Shown: in pieces, positions 13,410 to 27,470 of the stretch
Numbering within the stretch: the first letter of the stretch is position 1
Layout: each line of letters begins with the position of its first letter
From: the human T2T-CHM13v2.0 reference genome, Homo sapiens
Assembly (NCBI RefSeq): GCF_009914755.1
Contig: NC_060938.1
Reading direction: 5' to 3' (one strand)
Length of the DNA: 64,000 bases
The notes under the pieces: model-generated
What the model saw: only the letters and a program-made list of their open reading frames with translations
The model's database searches: none
What the model was told of the DNA's origin: nothing
Made by a program: the position numbers and the translations under genes

Positions 13410-13701
13410 GGCTGGGCGCAGTGGCTCATGCCTGGAATCCCAGCACTTTGGGAGGCTGAGGCAGGCAGATCACCTGATCTCAGGAACTCGAGACCACCCT
13501 GGGCAACGCGGTGAAACCCTGTCTCTATCAAGATACAAAAAATTAGCCAGGCGTGGTGGCATGCGCCTGTAGCATGAGGATCACTTGAGGCTGGGAGGCA
13601 GAGGTTGCAGTGAGCTGAGACTGCGCCACTGCACTCCAGCTTGGGTGACTGGGTGACAGAGTGAGACTCCGTCTAAAAAAAAAAAAAAAAAAAAAAAAAA
13701 A
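13410..13701 (+). mobile_element. Alu (S/J-type) with internal right-arm deletion
   Basis: ggctgggcgcagtggctc start and A27 tail. Lacks the tcccagctactcgggaggctgag segment at ~13571. Confidence 0.93.
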
Positions 13702-16700
13702 TTAAATCAATAAGCCTCTAGTCAGGCTAACGAAACAAGAGAGAGAGAAGATACAAATTACTAATATTAGAAATAAAAGAGGGGACACTACTACAAATTC
13801 CATGAATACTAAAGGGATAATTAAGAAATGCTATGAACAACTCTGCCCACAGATTTGATAAATCTGATAATGAAATAAATCAAATCCTTGAAAGACACAT
13901 CTGCTAAGACCCACACAAGAAAAAAAATAATCTGAATAGAACTACATCTATTAAAGAAATTGCATCAATAATTAATAACCTTCTAAAACACAAAGCATTA
14001 GGCCCAGATAGGTTCACAAGTGAAATTTATCAAACATTTAAGGAATAAATTATACCAATTTCCTCCAATGTTTTCCAGAAGGTAGAGGCAGAAAGAATAC
14101 TTTCTTGTGCATTTTATGAGACCAGCATTACCCCAATACCAAAACCAGACAAAGACATTACAAGAAAAGTACAAACTAATATCTCTCATGAACATAGATG
14201 TAAAAATTCTCAACAAAATGTTTTGTTAATATTTGATTTAAAAAAATTTAATCTAACAATGTATTTTAAAAAGTATACACTGTGACCAACTGGATTTGGT
14301 TCTAGGTATGCAAAGCTGGTGCAACATTTGAGAGTCAGTTAATGTAATCCATAACATCAACAAGCTAAAGGAAAATGGCATGATCATATCAATGGATGTA
14401 GATAAATCATTTAACAACTCCAACATCGATTCATGATAAAATACTCTCAACAAACTACAAGTAGAGAGGAAATTCTTCAACATGATAAAGAACATCTACC
14501 AAAAAAAAGAAAAAAAAAACCCTACAACTAACATCATACTCAAGAATGAAAAACTAGAAGCTTTCCTATTAAGATCAGGAACGAGGCAAAGATGTTCCCT
14601 CTCATCACTTCTTTTCAAACTCATCATGGAAATTCTAGCTAATGCAATAAAACAAGAAAAGGTATACTTACTGGGAAGGAAGAAATAAAAATGTCATTGT
14701 TCACAGATGATTATCCATGAGATGAGATGATTATCTATGTAGAAAATATGAATAAATTGACCAAAAACCATGAAACTCATAAGTAATTATAGCAAGGTTC
14801 CAGGTTACAAGGTTAATACACAAAAGGCAATTGCTTTTCTGTATACCAGCAAGGCACAAGTGGAATTTGAAATAAAAAACCATAATGCCATTTACTTTAG
14901 CCCTCCCCAAAATACTTAAATATAAATCTAATAAAATGTGCACATGATCTATGAGGAAAACTACAAAACTGATGAAATATATCAAAGAAGAACTAAATAA
15001 ATGAAGAGATATTTCATGTTCATGGATAGTAAGACTCAATATTGTCAAGATGTCAGTTCTTCTCAAAATGAACTAGAGACAACAAAAATCCAATTAAGAA
15101 CCTAGCAGGTTATTTTGTTGATACAAGTAGACTGATTCTAAAGCTTATATAGACAGGCAAAAAATTCAAAATAGCCACTACAATATGGAAGTTGAAGAAC
15201 CAAGTCAGAAGACTGATGCTATATGACTTTAAGACTAACTATAAAAGTATAGCAATAAAGAGAGTATGGTATTGGAGAAAAAATAGACAATAGATTAACT
15301 GATCAGAATAGTGAATCCAGGAATAGACCCACATAAATATAGGCATAAATCTTAGACAAAGGCAAAAAGGCAATGCAATGGAACAAACATAGTCTTTTCA
15401 AAAAATAGTGATGAAACAACTGGATAGCCAAATTAAAAAAAAAAGTGAATCTAGTCACAGACCCTACACCCTTCACAAAATTTAACTCAGAATGAATCAT
15501 ATAAAATAAAAAATGCAAAACTATAAAACTTATGGAAGACAACACAGGAGAAAATCTAGATGACCTTGAGTATGACAATGACTTTATAGATACAACACCA
15601 AAGGCACAATCCATGAAAGTAATAATTGATAAGCTGGACTTCATTAAAATGTAAAATTCTGCTCTGCAAAAGTCACAGTCAAAAGAATGAGAAGACAAGC
15701 CACAAACTGAGAGAAAATATTTGCAAAAGACATCTAATAAAGTACTATCATCTAAAAACTAAAAAGAACTCTTAAAACAACAATTAAAAAAATGCACAAA
15801 AGATCTGAACACACATCTTACCAAAGAAGATATTCCTATGAGAATTAAGCATATGAAAAGGTGTTCAGCAATATATGCCATTTGTCAATTGAAAATTTTA
15901 AAACATCAAAAGAGATACATTTAAACAGATACCACTACACACCTGTTAGAATAGTCAAACTCCAAAATACTAACACCGCCAAGTGTTGGCAAGGATGTGG
16001 AACAACAGAAATTCTCATTCATCGCTGATGGGAATACATAATGGTGCTGCCACTTTGGAAAACAGACAGTTTGAAAGTTTCTTACAAAAGTAAACATAGT
16101 CTTACCATATGATTCAGCAATCATGTTTCTTGGTATTTACCCAAATATGTTTAAAACTTATGTCCACATATAAACCTGCACATGAATGTTTATAGCAGCT
16201 TTATTCATAATTTTGCAAAACTTGGAAGCATCCAAGATGTTCTTCAGTAGGTGAATGAATAAATAAACTGTGATACATCCAGACAATGATATGTTATTCA
16301 GCACAGAAAAAAAAAATGAGCTATCAAGCCTTGAAAAAACACAGAGGAACCTTAAATGCCTATTACTAAGAGAAAGAAGCCAATATGAAAAAGCTACAAA
16401 CTATCTGATTCTAACTATATGACACTTAGAGAAGGCAAAACTATGGAGACACAAAGGATCAGTGGTTGCCACGGATAAGCAGAGAAGGAGAAAAGAATAA
16501 GCAGAGCATGAAAAAAATTTTAAGACAGTAAAACTAATCTGTGTGATGCTGTAATGGAGGATACTTGTCATCATACTTCTGTCCAAACCCATTAAATGTA
16601 CAAAATCAAGAGTGAAAGCCACTAGAAACGATCAACTTTGGGTGATAATGATGTATTCAAGTAGGTTCATCAATTGTAACAGATGTACCACTCTGGTGTG

Positions 16701-16956
16701 GGATTTCCATAGTGGGAGAATCTATGCATGTTTGGGAGCAAAGGGTACAGTACATGGGAAATCTCTGCACCTCCTCAATTTTGCTACAAACCTAAAAGCG
16801 GTCTTAAAAATTAAAGTCTATTTTTAAAAAGGCTCACACTCTTTACAAAGTTAGATTTAAAAGCAGATTGCTTAGGACTTAATGTTGGCATGCTATCATC
16901 AGCTGTGAATCACAGTGAAAAGAAAAATCAACTAATTCCAAGAAGGATTGGGTAGC

Positions 16957-17319
16957 GCTATGGTTTGATTGGTTTGTCCCCTCAAATATATATGTTAAAA
17001 CTTAATCCTCAATGCAATAATGTTGGGAGATGAAGACAAATAGAATGTATTTAGGTCATGAGGGATCTGCCCTCATGCATGGATTAATGCTGCTATAAAA
17101 AGGGCTTGCAGAAGCGGTGTGCTGTCTTCTGCTACATGAAGACACATTTGTCTTGTTTGCTCTTCTGCCTTCCACCATGTGAGGACAGCCCCCACAGGAC
17201 ACCACATGCCAGTGCCTTGGACTTCCTAGTCTCCAGAGCTGTGAGAAATAAGTTCCTGTTCTTCATAAATGACCCAACCTGTGGTATTTTGCTATGGCAG
17301 CACATAACAAACTTAGACA
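16957..17319 (+). mobile_element. MST-type MaLR solo LTR (MSTC/D-like)
   Basis: gctatggtttg...gtcccctcaaa...tccagagctgtgagaaataa...acttagaca. Confidence 0.75.
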
Positions 17320-19748
17320 GGCAGTATTTATATGGATTTAATAAGATTAAAACTAGGAAAACAAACAGAAAAATTAGGTATATCCTAGTTATACCACTGA
17401 AGTATTATTTTAAATTATCTATACACTTTAATGAAAAGGTAATGGCAAGCCAACTATATTAAATAACAATTTCTAACATGTTATTCTTTGTAGAAGGTCT
17501 GAGATGGCAAGCAAAAGGGAAAAAGAGGATTCTAAGCTGACAGAAGTTACTGAAGTCTAGAAGCATAATTAGCCTTCCTGATTTCCTGTTCTTGTTTTAA
17601 TGACTAGATCAGAAATAAAAATTATTAACGTAATTATACAGGATAAAGTGAAATGATGCATGTGGCAGCTTGACAAGCATAATTCATGACAAAACAATAA
17701 TTTAGAAAATTATCTTCCATAAACTTTTCTGAAAATTAAAAGTATTTATATACTTCCACTTAGCAGTCATTGTTCTATTCATTCTTTCTCCTAAAGCAAT
17801 GCATGAGTTATCTTTTCCCAATTTCATTTTTGACCTAGTTTTTATGTTTATCACTTATTAAGACTACTCATTATCATCAAAATTCCCCATGTTTCATATT
17901 TCCTGAATCCTCCTATGCTACCAAACAGCGTGTTATCTGCAGCTGCTCCATCTTTGATGATGTTCTATGGCTCAACTCCCTCTAATCTCCCCAAAATCAA
18001 GCTCCCTGAACCTCCCAAAGCTGTATTCAAATGCATACTACAAAGAAGCTCAATCCTATTCTTTGGATTCTTAGTGACAACATTCTTTTACCCTCTGTTT
18101 ACAGCTTTTAGAAAATTTATGTTCCTTCTTTTCAAACAGAATGCCTTCTTTAATGGAATCTGTCTTTTCTGCCTCACAATTTTCTTAAAGAATCACATAT
18201 TCAGTTCATGAATTCCTAGTAAACCAAACTACCTTCAGAGAGCGTGTCGACAATCTTGAAAATAAAGAACGTTATTAAGTCTTCTAAGTCATTCTGCACT
18301 TACATCATGTAAAAGGATTATATCGTAATTTTCAGACTCATATTCTTTCTTATTCCCAAGTCACCATTAATGTACTTCCTCTTCAGGTCTAAGTTCTATT
18401 TTATTTTTATGTCATTGTGCAATTTACTAAAACCTTGCTAACATTTTACTGCTTCAGGTCAATAAGTCACCAGTATGCCTTAAGAGCAATGAAGAAATAC
18501 CAAGGAGATGGAAGACACATTCTTCACCATCACAGGATTTATAATCCAGCTGAGGAAACAAACACATACAAATGAAATAATAATACCCCACCAGATTTGC
18601 AGAATTCTACAAGCAAAATATATTAGTATCCCTTTTCCCATTTATTCCTTATAATCACCTTGTGATATAAGTAATTTAGCTATACACTCCTTTCCTTGTT
18701 TTACATCATGGAAACTGAGAACCAGAGTAACCCTCTCAAAGTCTCAAAACAAACATGTCCTAGACAAGGCACAAGACTCCAGAACATCCAACAGCTGATA
18801 TAGTGCTTATGAACACACACAAATCAACAAAAGAAAAAAATATTTTTAACTATATTAAGGCGCATACATATACATAAGTGAACATGAAATATGGTGAAGA
18901 TATTAATTAAAGCTGCTTGGGAATGATGCAGGCAGGCTTCCTGAAAGAAATATGTTCCAGAAAGGTGAATGTTATAATAAGGGGTAATAAAGAGCCAATC
19001 TATAGGAACTGACCCAGAAAAAAGGCAAAGAATGCATAAAATAGTATGAATGAAGAAGCCGATAAACGTGTGGATAAATCTAAATAAGAATTGACAATTA
19101 AATATTAATAAAACAATCACATATTAAAAGGAAAAAATTAAAAATAATGTAGATCCAAAATAAAAGACAATAATAATTTGAAAGATGAAGGGGAACAGAA
19201 GTCCTTGAATCAAATGAAGAAAGGTAAAGATACTTAGAAGCTTCTGGAATCTGTTAAGTCAAACACTGATGTTAAAAATGTAAGAGTAATCGATTAACAG
19301 AAAAAATTCCAAACCAGTAGGAGGAATCCAAGAGATTAAAGGAAAGTTCAATCAATCCAAAACCTGGAAAAACAAAAGGAAAAAGAAAACACCAAAACAC
19401 AAAGGTAAGAAAAGGCATTTAAAAATAGAAAATAAGATGTACTAAGTAAATCAAAACGTAATTAATCACAATCAATGTAAACAGATTAAACTTGCCTGTT
19501 AAAGAGACTTTCAGAATCTATACACTACTCATAAAATATATATCCAGAAATATACGGATCAAATACACACCAACCATACAAAAGCAAATTTAGCTATAAT
19601 AGTATTAAGCAAACTAGACCTTAAGCAAGAAAAGCATTATTAGGGACAAAGAGAGTTAGAAAATAACGTGGAAGAAATCTCCCAGAAAGTGTAGCAAAAA
19701 GATAAAGGATTAGAAAATAGGAGATTTAAAAAAAAAAAAAAGGAAATT

Positions 19749-20052
19749 GGCCAGGTGCAGTGGCTCACGCCTGTAATCCCAGCACTTTGGGAGGCCAAGA
19801 CGGGTGGATCATGAGGTCAAGAGATCGAGACCATCCTGGCTAACATGGTGAAACCCTGTCTCTACTAAAAATACAAAAATAAAATTAGCCAGGCATGGTG
19901 GCAGCGCCTGTAGTCCCAGCTACTCAGGAGGCTGTGGCAGGAGAATGGCGTGAACCCAGGAAGCAGAGCTTGCAGTGAGCCGAGATCACGCCACTGCACT
20001 CCAGCCTGGGTGACAGAGCGAGACTCCATGTCAAAAAAAAAAAAAAAAAAAA
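19749..20052 (+). mobile_element. AluY/Sc8-like full-length Alu
   Basis: gagatcgagaccatcctggctaac and ggagaatggcgtgaaccc diagnostics, poly-A tail. Embedded in old L1 fragments (~19000-20470). Confidence 0.93.
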
Positions 20053-20718
20053 TTACAGGACTGGTCTCATAGGTACAGTATCTGAATAAAAGGAGTTCCA
20101 GAAAGAAAGAAAATTTAGAAAAGGTCAGAGGGCTGGAGAAAATCATAATAGGAAAAAATATCAAGACAGTAGTCATGCTTTTCCAGGCTGAAAAGGACCA
20201 CCTAGTTAACACCCATCAAAACTGATGAAAATAGATCTGCACAAAAGCATATCTTCAGAAAGTTACAGAACCTTAGGACAGAGAAGGTGTATGAAACTTC
20301 CAGAAAGAGAAAATAGGTCACATGTAAAGGAACAGAAATCGTAATGACTTCAAGTTTCTTATCAGAATTACTGGAGGAGTACAATGGCATTGTATCTTTC
20401 AAAATTCTGAAGGAAAATTATCTCTAGCCAAGAATATTATAGCTAGCTTAACTATCAATCAGGTGAAAGAGTAAAGAGAGGTTTGTTTAAGAAAATGATA
20501 TCGATAGAATACTTCTTGCATCAATGTAATGAAGGGAGATTTAGATAATTGTCAGAGAACTTTGTGGTTGAATTAGTGATAAGAACATAGAAAACATAAA
20601 ATCAGACAGTTATCAGCTCCCAGAAAAATGGAAAGTGCAGAAAAAGAAAAGTAATTACAGCATGCTGCAAGGATCAGCTATAAAATGCATATTTGCAGTC
20701 ATAACAATATCAACACTT

Positions 20719-21017
20719 GGCCAGGCCCAGTTGCTCACGCCTGTAATCCCAACACTTTGGGAGGCTGAGATGGGCGGATCACTTGAGGTCAGGAGTTCAA
20801 GACCAGACTGGCCATCATGGTGAAATACTAAAAAAATTTAAAAAAAATTAGCCGAGTGTGGTGGTGCGCGCCTCTAGTCCCAGCTGCTGGGGAAGTTGAG
20901 GCAGGAGAATCGCTTGAACCTGGGAGGCAGAGGTTGCAGTGATCACACCACTGCACTCTCGCCTGGGTGACAGAGCAAGACTCTGTCACCAAAAATAATA
21001 ATAATAACAATAATAAT
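20719..21017 (+). mobile_element. AluS with (AAT)n tail
   Basis: Full-length dimer with target-site duplication aatatcaacactt at 20706-20718 and 21018-21030. Confidence 0.93.
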
Positions 21018-21737
21018 AATATCAACACTTAATATTTATTGAATCAAAAGGATGATATATTGTGAGAATGAGGTGATGAAAATGGTGCATTTAAATAGTG
21101 AGCGAAAGTAGAAAGGGGAGCTAAAATCTCACCTTTCATGTTGAGAAGTCAAAGACAAAACCTAAAATTGACAAACCAAGAGGTAGATATGTAATCGTGT
21201 TGTTTGGTGACATGGAAGCAAATAATAAAAGAATCCCCTGAAAAAATTTGAAAATGGTTGCCTCTAGGGTCTTCTCTTTTTTAAAATGAAACATTGCCAA
21301 CTGTTCTTTATAGAGATTTTACCAATTCATTCTCCCCTGAGCAGTGTATGAGAGTGATATGCCACATCCCACTTGATCAATTGAGGTCCTGTAAGGAGTA
21401 GATGCCAAGCCAGGGTTATTTACGCAAGAATTTTACTGAGGTAAATGCCTGGGAAGGACAAAATGGGGAGGAGGGGAACACGAAGAGCCTTTGGACTACA
21501 ATGCAGTTCTAACACCTGTGAAAGAGGGAAGGAAGACTCAGGTAGGAAGAAAAAGCTTACACTTTTACACAGTAAATGGATAGTCCCAGAGCAAAAGTTG
21601 CAGTTATGGACAAGTTATAGTATTCCCACCATACTCAGACACTGACGGGGAAGAGCCCTGGGGAAATGTGTGAGCCCAGCTTCAACATGTGAGCTGCAGG
21701 AGATCAGAAAAGGCAGCAGCCTTCAGTTAACTGTGTT

Positions 21738-21947
21738 CAGTGATGTGTTGGAAAATGATTAACAACTAGCTCTACAGAAAGTTTTTTAAAAAGGCCTTGA
21801 TTTGTAGCTTTTGCTACTTTCTGTAGTGTAAATACGCCCACTGTGGCTAATTTCAAGCTACCACTGTGAGATCACCAAATGCTGAGTCGAGAAGAGATGG
21901 TAACAATAGGCTTTCTAAAGCCAGGAGCTGGACCCAGGGTGCCGCTG
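21738..21947 (+). mobile_element. MER63A-like hAT MITE
   Basis: cagtgatgtgttgg...gtgtaaatacgcccactgtggctaatttcaagctacc...gccgctg, degenerate 8-bp TSD actgtgtt/accgtact. Confidence 0.75.
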
Positions 21948-22017
21948 ACCGTACTCCACACAGCACGTGTTGATGAAAGGAGATTTGAGCGGTGTGCCTA
22001 CTTAGCTACTACACTCA

Positions 22018-22311
<294 letters not shown>

Positions 22312-22409
22312 TTACATAATTATAAATGTATAAATAAAAGTATTACATAGTTATAAATGTATTATTAAACAATATATTTACTGTAATACTAATCAAGCCA
22401 ATCTTTTGA

Positions 22410-22755
22410 TTATTTTTAATTGACAGAAATAATTGCATGTATTTACTATGTACAACATGACGTTTTAAAGTATGTATGCATTGTGGAATGACTAAATCTA
22501 GCTAGTTAACGTATGTGTTTCTTCACAGTTATCATTTTTGTGGTGAGAACACTTTACACCCACTTTCTCAGCATTTTTCCAGAATGTAGTACATTGTTAA
22601 CTATAGTCACCATATTGTATAATAGATTTCTTGAATTTAGTTCCATCTAACTGAAGTTTTGTATTCTTCCACCATCTCTCCATTCACCCCACCCCTTGGT
22701 AACCATTATTCTACTCTATATGAGATGAACTTTTCTAGATTCCACATGAGTGATT
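22410..22755 (-). mobile_element. L1MA (MA8/9-like) 3' end
   Basis: tttttaattgac...atgtacaacatga...ttgttaactatagtcaccat...tttctagattccacat. Confidence 0.8.
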
Positions 22756-23526
22756 GCCTTTATTAAAATCTTTAGGCCTATACTCTAAATAACTAAAATC
22801 TCAATGTATTAATGTAATAATCTGTGTAGTGTGCAAAACATAAATACTGCTTATTGTCCCCTATCATGTGATTTGTATTTTCAAAATTAACTCCTTTAAC
22901 TCACTTCAGAAGATAAATTTGAAAAAAAAAATCTTTAAAAGCTTGATGTAGGTGGACTCAAAACTTGGAAAATGAATTATTATGATTTTTTTCTCATAAT
23001 TTATAAAGTAATAATTACATACACAATATCAAAATACAATGTCTACACTTAAATTTGGGGGAAATAATATTTATATTATTATAGTTGGTTGAACGTAAAT
23101 ATTTTATAGAAAAAGTCACTGAAGAAAAGTTTCAATCTATCTCCCAACACACATAGAGAAATAATATATTACAATGTATTATAATAATAATAACAACAGA
23201 GTAAAGAATTTTCCATCTGAGCAGTCTACAGACTAGAATCTATAGGAACATCTTAGGATAATTAAGTTAGTAATATTATCATAATGAACATATTTTAATA
23301 ATAGACATATTCTATATTGACTCTTCTATATATTATGAATTGAAATTACTGGTTGTATCCTATTAGCTTGGTGTAACAACTTAAATATCATCCACTATTA
23401 AGTTAGAGCCTGAGAAGCTGTGGATGAAGTGGTCTTTTAAGCTTCTACATATTTTAAGTACTTCTAGGTGCACTGATAACACTGAAGAAGCAGAGCCTTA
23501 CATGAGACAAGACATCAGAAGTCATC

Positions 23527-23886
23527 TGATATGGTTTGGCTCTGTGTCCCCACCCAAATCTCATCTCAAATGGTAATCCCCACATGTCAAGAGAGGGACC
23601 TGGTGAGAGGTGATTAGATTATGGGGGCAGTTTTCCCCATGCTGTTCCCGTGACAGTGAGGGAGATCTCATGCGATCTGGGGGTTTTAAAAGTGGCAGTT
23701 TCCCCTGTGCTCCTTTTTCTCTCCTGCCGCCATGTGAAGAAGGTCCTTGCTTGTTTCCACCAGGATTGTAAGTTTCCTGAGGCCTCTCCAGCCATGTGGA
23801 ACTGTGAGTCAATTAAATCTCTTCTGTTTATAAATTACCCAGTCTCAGGTTGTATCTTTATAGCAGTGTGAAAATGGACTAATACG
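23527..23886 (+). mobile_element. THE1D-like solo LTR
   Basis: tgatatggtttggctctgtgtccccacccaaatctc...ggactaatac, with 5-bp TSD tcatc on both sides. Confidence 0.93.
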
Positions 23887-24109
23887 TCATCCAATATCCA
23901 CAAATATATTCAGACAAAATGTAAAGCAAAAGCTATGAGGAAGAAACCAAAGTGGCAAAAATTCAAGAATTGCTGTTTCATAAAAGTTTCTTTATCTTTA
24001 TGTTAACTCTACCATTGTTATCATATGTGTCTTGAGAGGAGGAGTCAAAAGATCTGTGAATGAGTAGTTTTCAAATGCTGCAGCTTTTCAAAGAAAATAC
24101 ATCTATTTA

Positions 24110-24189
24110 TTAGGTTGTTATAAAAGTAAATGTGGTTTTTGCCATTAAAAGTAATTGTGAAAACCACAATTACTTTTGCACCAATCTAA
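24110..24189. mobile_element. MADE1 mariner MITE (80 bp)
   Basis: ttaggttg...aaaagtaa...ggtttttgccattaaaagtaa...caattacttttgcaccaatctaa, flanked by TA on both sides. Confidence 0.9.
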
Positions 24190-24441
24190 TATCTTCTTTC
24201 AATCAATTATGTAGTTTGTGAACTGTAGTTGACTTCAAATGCCGCCGCTTTTCTTCTCCTCCACTTCTTCCATCCACAAACTCCAATTCCCAGTAATTAG
24301 TACTTTCAACCAGATATCAAGGAGAAGAAACAGATGAAAACTAATTTAAGGTAATCAAATATAATAACTTTTGGCAAGGGTTTCAAGAAAGTTGAAAGTG
24401 GTGGCTAAAAAGAGGTTTGGATTATCTGTGGAATCCATTTA

Positions 24442-24894
<453 letters not shown>

Positions 24895-25729
24895 CTAAAA
24901 GAGAGAAAATGTATTTATACATGACTAGGTTATCTCTGCACAGTCAGTGATGAATTCAAATCTACTGGCAGTCAAACCACAGCCAGTCATGCTCCACAGT
25001 CTTGCCTCCCTCTTCTCCTGAGTTGTCCTAAAATTTGTTCAGAGGAAGTCACTCCAAGTCCAATCACTCTACCAAAGCTGATCTTTCTGCTGTTCTATCT
25101 GGCATGCTCTGATGCAGTAGCCAACACTGATCCACAACACTGCTGGATGTCCACTTCTGCAAGTGCCTCCTGCACACTCACTCTGCAAGCCTGCCTAGAA
25201 TCACATGGCTCTCATGGACTGTCCAGCAGTTATTTGGGTGAGACACCATTATCTATTCTTCATACACATTTAGCACCTCAGGAAGCATAACTTTGATTCT
25301 GATGGCCTCGCTGGACCCCGGCATCCCACTGTTGGTGATGCTGTTGTTGAGTGATACTCAGCAAGGGCCCTGATGGGTGGCACAGCAGTGTAAAGGGTTG
25401 TAAAGGGTATCGCCTGCTTTTTCCCTTCCTCCCTTAGATCTGGACTTAAAGAATATTGTGTTTCTTGCCCAACTGCAAATTTCCTTTAGGGAAAAAAATA
25501 TTAAATACTCAAGTTTGTTTCTGTATACCAATTCAAATGGAAAAATTTTAGTGTAAGTTTATATGAACCTTGAGTTACACTAATTAAGTCTAATTACAGC
25601 AGAAAACAAAGATAAAAAGCAGATGACAGAGCAAGAGTAGAGGTTTGTGTATCCCTGGGCAAAGGTAACCAACACAGGACATAGCATTGCCTTCTGGAAC
25701 CTGGAACCTGGGAATTATAAAAAACAGTT

Positions 25730-25968
25730 GAGGCGAGATCACGAGGTCAGGAGATCGAGACCATCCTGGCCAACATGGTGAAACGCTGTCTCTACTAAAA
25801 ATACAAATATTAGATGGGCGTGGTGGTGCGTGCCTATAATCCCAACTACTCAGGAAGCAGAGGCAGGAGAACCACTTGAATGCAGGAGGCAGAGGTTGCA
25901 GTAAACTGAGATTGTGCCACTGCACTCCAGCCTGGCGACAGAGCGAGACTCCGTCTCAAAAAAAAAAA
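25730..25968 (+). mobile_element. 5'-truncated AluSc
   Basis: gatcacgaggtc and cctggcgacagag diagnostics, TSD aaa(a/g)acagttga. Confidence 0.9.
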
Positions 25969-26763
25969 GACAGTTGAAGGGATAAATCAAAAACTTCTGC
26001 CCTGTGCCATCAATGAAGCCAAAGACAATGTATGTGTTAAAGAGTTTGGTAAATGGAAATTTTTAAATATTTTCAACAGATTTGCCCATTGTATGTATTC
26101 AGTTATTCAGTGTCTCTAGGACTAATGGGACCCAGAAGGTAGGAGTCAAAAAGGCCAAATCATAAAATCATAAATGCATTAAATATTTAGATGTAAGAAT
26201 GGATAAAAATAAAAATACTTGTTAGCATGTAACTCTGAGTTATAATATATGCCACAAAACAAAACAAATATACTAGCATCTTTGGCAGCTTGGGAGAGTA
26301 TCCTAAAGTTCCTCTCATATACAGAACTTACATATCTGAAAACTAAGAATATAATATCCATTTTTACTATTTTTGATATGGAAAACATCACTGGTGGTCC
26401 CTTTAATTGTATGTTAGAATTGTTATTTTTATTTTGGTGTTTGTAAGAATACTTATAAAGATATTTTATGTATTTGCCATTATCAGTACCTCAGTTATGT
26501 TTTTCCCATGATGTCTTAAATTACTTAACAGCAAATCATCCTACCAGGAGGTAAGATTCATGTTGGGGTGAAGTATTATACAATTGTACATAATCATGTC
26601 TTTTCTTTTGCTTTTCAACTACTGGCCTGTCAATTCCAATTTCATTGTGTTAAACATGAAAATTGCCTTCATATTCAATGTTAGTAGTTTACCATCTATA
26701 TATACACAGTCTATGTTTAACCACAAATAAATCAAACTTGGGAAATAAGAACAAACTCAGTAC

Positions 26764-27235
26764 CAGGGTGCATTACCACCTTCGTGGACCCTAAGCCTTT
26801 GTGCCTTCCTAGACTCCTTCATGGTGAAACCCCGTCCTACTAAAAATACAAAAATTAGCCGGGCTTGTTGGCACGTGCCTGCAGTCCCAGCTTCTCTGGA
26901 GGCTGAGGCAGGAGAATCACTTGAACCTGGGAGGCAGAGGTTCCAGTGAGCTGAGATCACACCACTCACTGCACTCCAGCCTGGGTGACAGAGCGAGACT
27001 CAGTCTCAAAAAAAAAAAAAAGTGTGTATGTATATATACATATATATACATATGTGTGTGTGTGTGTATATTATAACAGATAAATATATTAATATCACAC
27101 ATTCAGTTTTTGTTTTTACCTAAAATTACCCTGTTTTCTTCTGCTGTTAATAGAAATTGAAACATCCTATAGACCCGTAAAAGTGTTGTGGGGCCCTGGA
27201 CACTGTGCCTACTGTGCTGACAGATGTAAGCCCTG
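26764..27235. mobile_element. hAT MITE (MER96B-like) containing an Alu fragment
   Basis: Termini CAGGG...CCCTG, 8-bp TSD ctcagtac/ctcagtag, gggccctggacactgtgcctactgtgc subterminal motif. Confidence 0.75.
26820..27021 (+). mobile_element. 5'-truncated AluS followed by (TA)/(TG) microsatellite
   Basis: catggtgaaacccc...gagactcagtctc(A)n, then a TA/TG repeat to ~27072. Confidence 0.9.
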
Positions 27236-27294
27236 CTCAGTAGCCTGGATTAATGCAGGTCTCCTCTAAAGATGGAATGGCATCACCCTGAGTT

Positions 27295-27470
27295 CAGAAA
27301 GTCTTAAACCTGGCTATATATTAGAATCATCTGGGGAAGTTTTAAAAGAATACAGTATACTTATACCTAGACTCCACCCTGGAGAATGATTAAATTGGTC
27401 TTGTTTGGGTTCTCAGAGAATCTATATTTTCAAAACCTTCCCAGGTGATTACAATGTACAGCCCAAGGTA
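27295..27470. mobile_element. MER5-like hAT-Charlie MITE
   Basis: ttagaatcatctgggga...cccaggtgattacaatgtacagcc. Confidence 0.7.

Larger units (their letters stand above)
12660..16830 (+). mobile_element. L1MC1-like LINE-1, ORF2 remnant plus 3' UTR (antisense to KCNH5)
   Basis: ORF2-like peptide KLEAFLLRSGTRQRCSLSSLLF (ORF 14482..14688). L1MC-type 3' UTR (gaaggcaaaactatggagaca...caattttgctacaaacctaaaa). Interrupted at ~13117-13701. Confidence 0.85.

Noticed and set aside
24950-25450. GC-richer unique segment upstream of exon 6
   Set aside because: No ORF, splice-site pair or repeat I can identify, so a call cannot be supported without conservation data.
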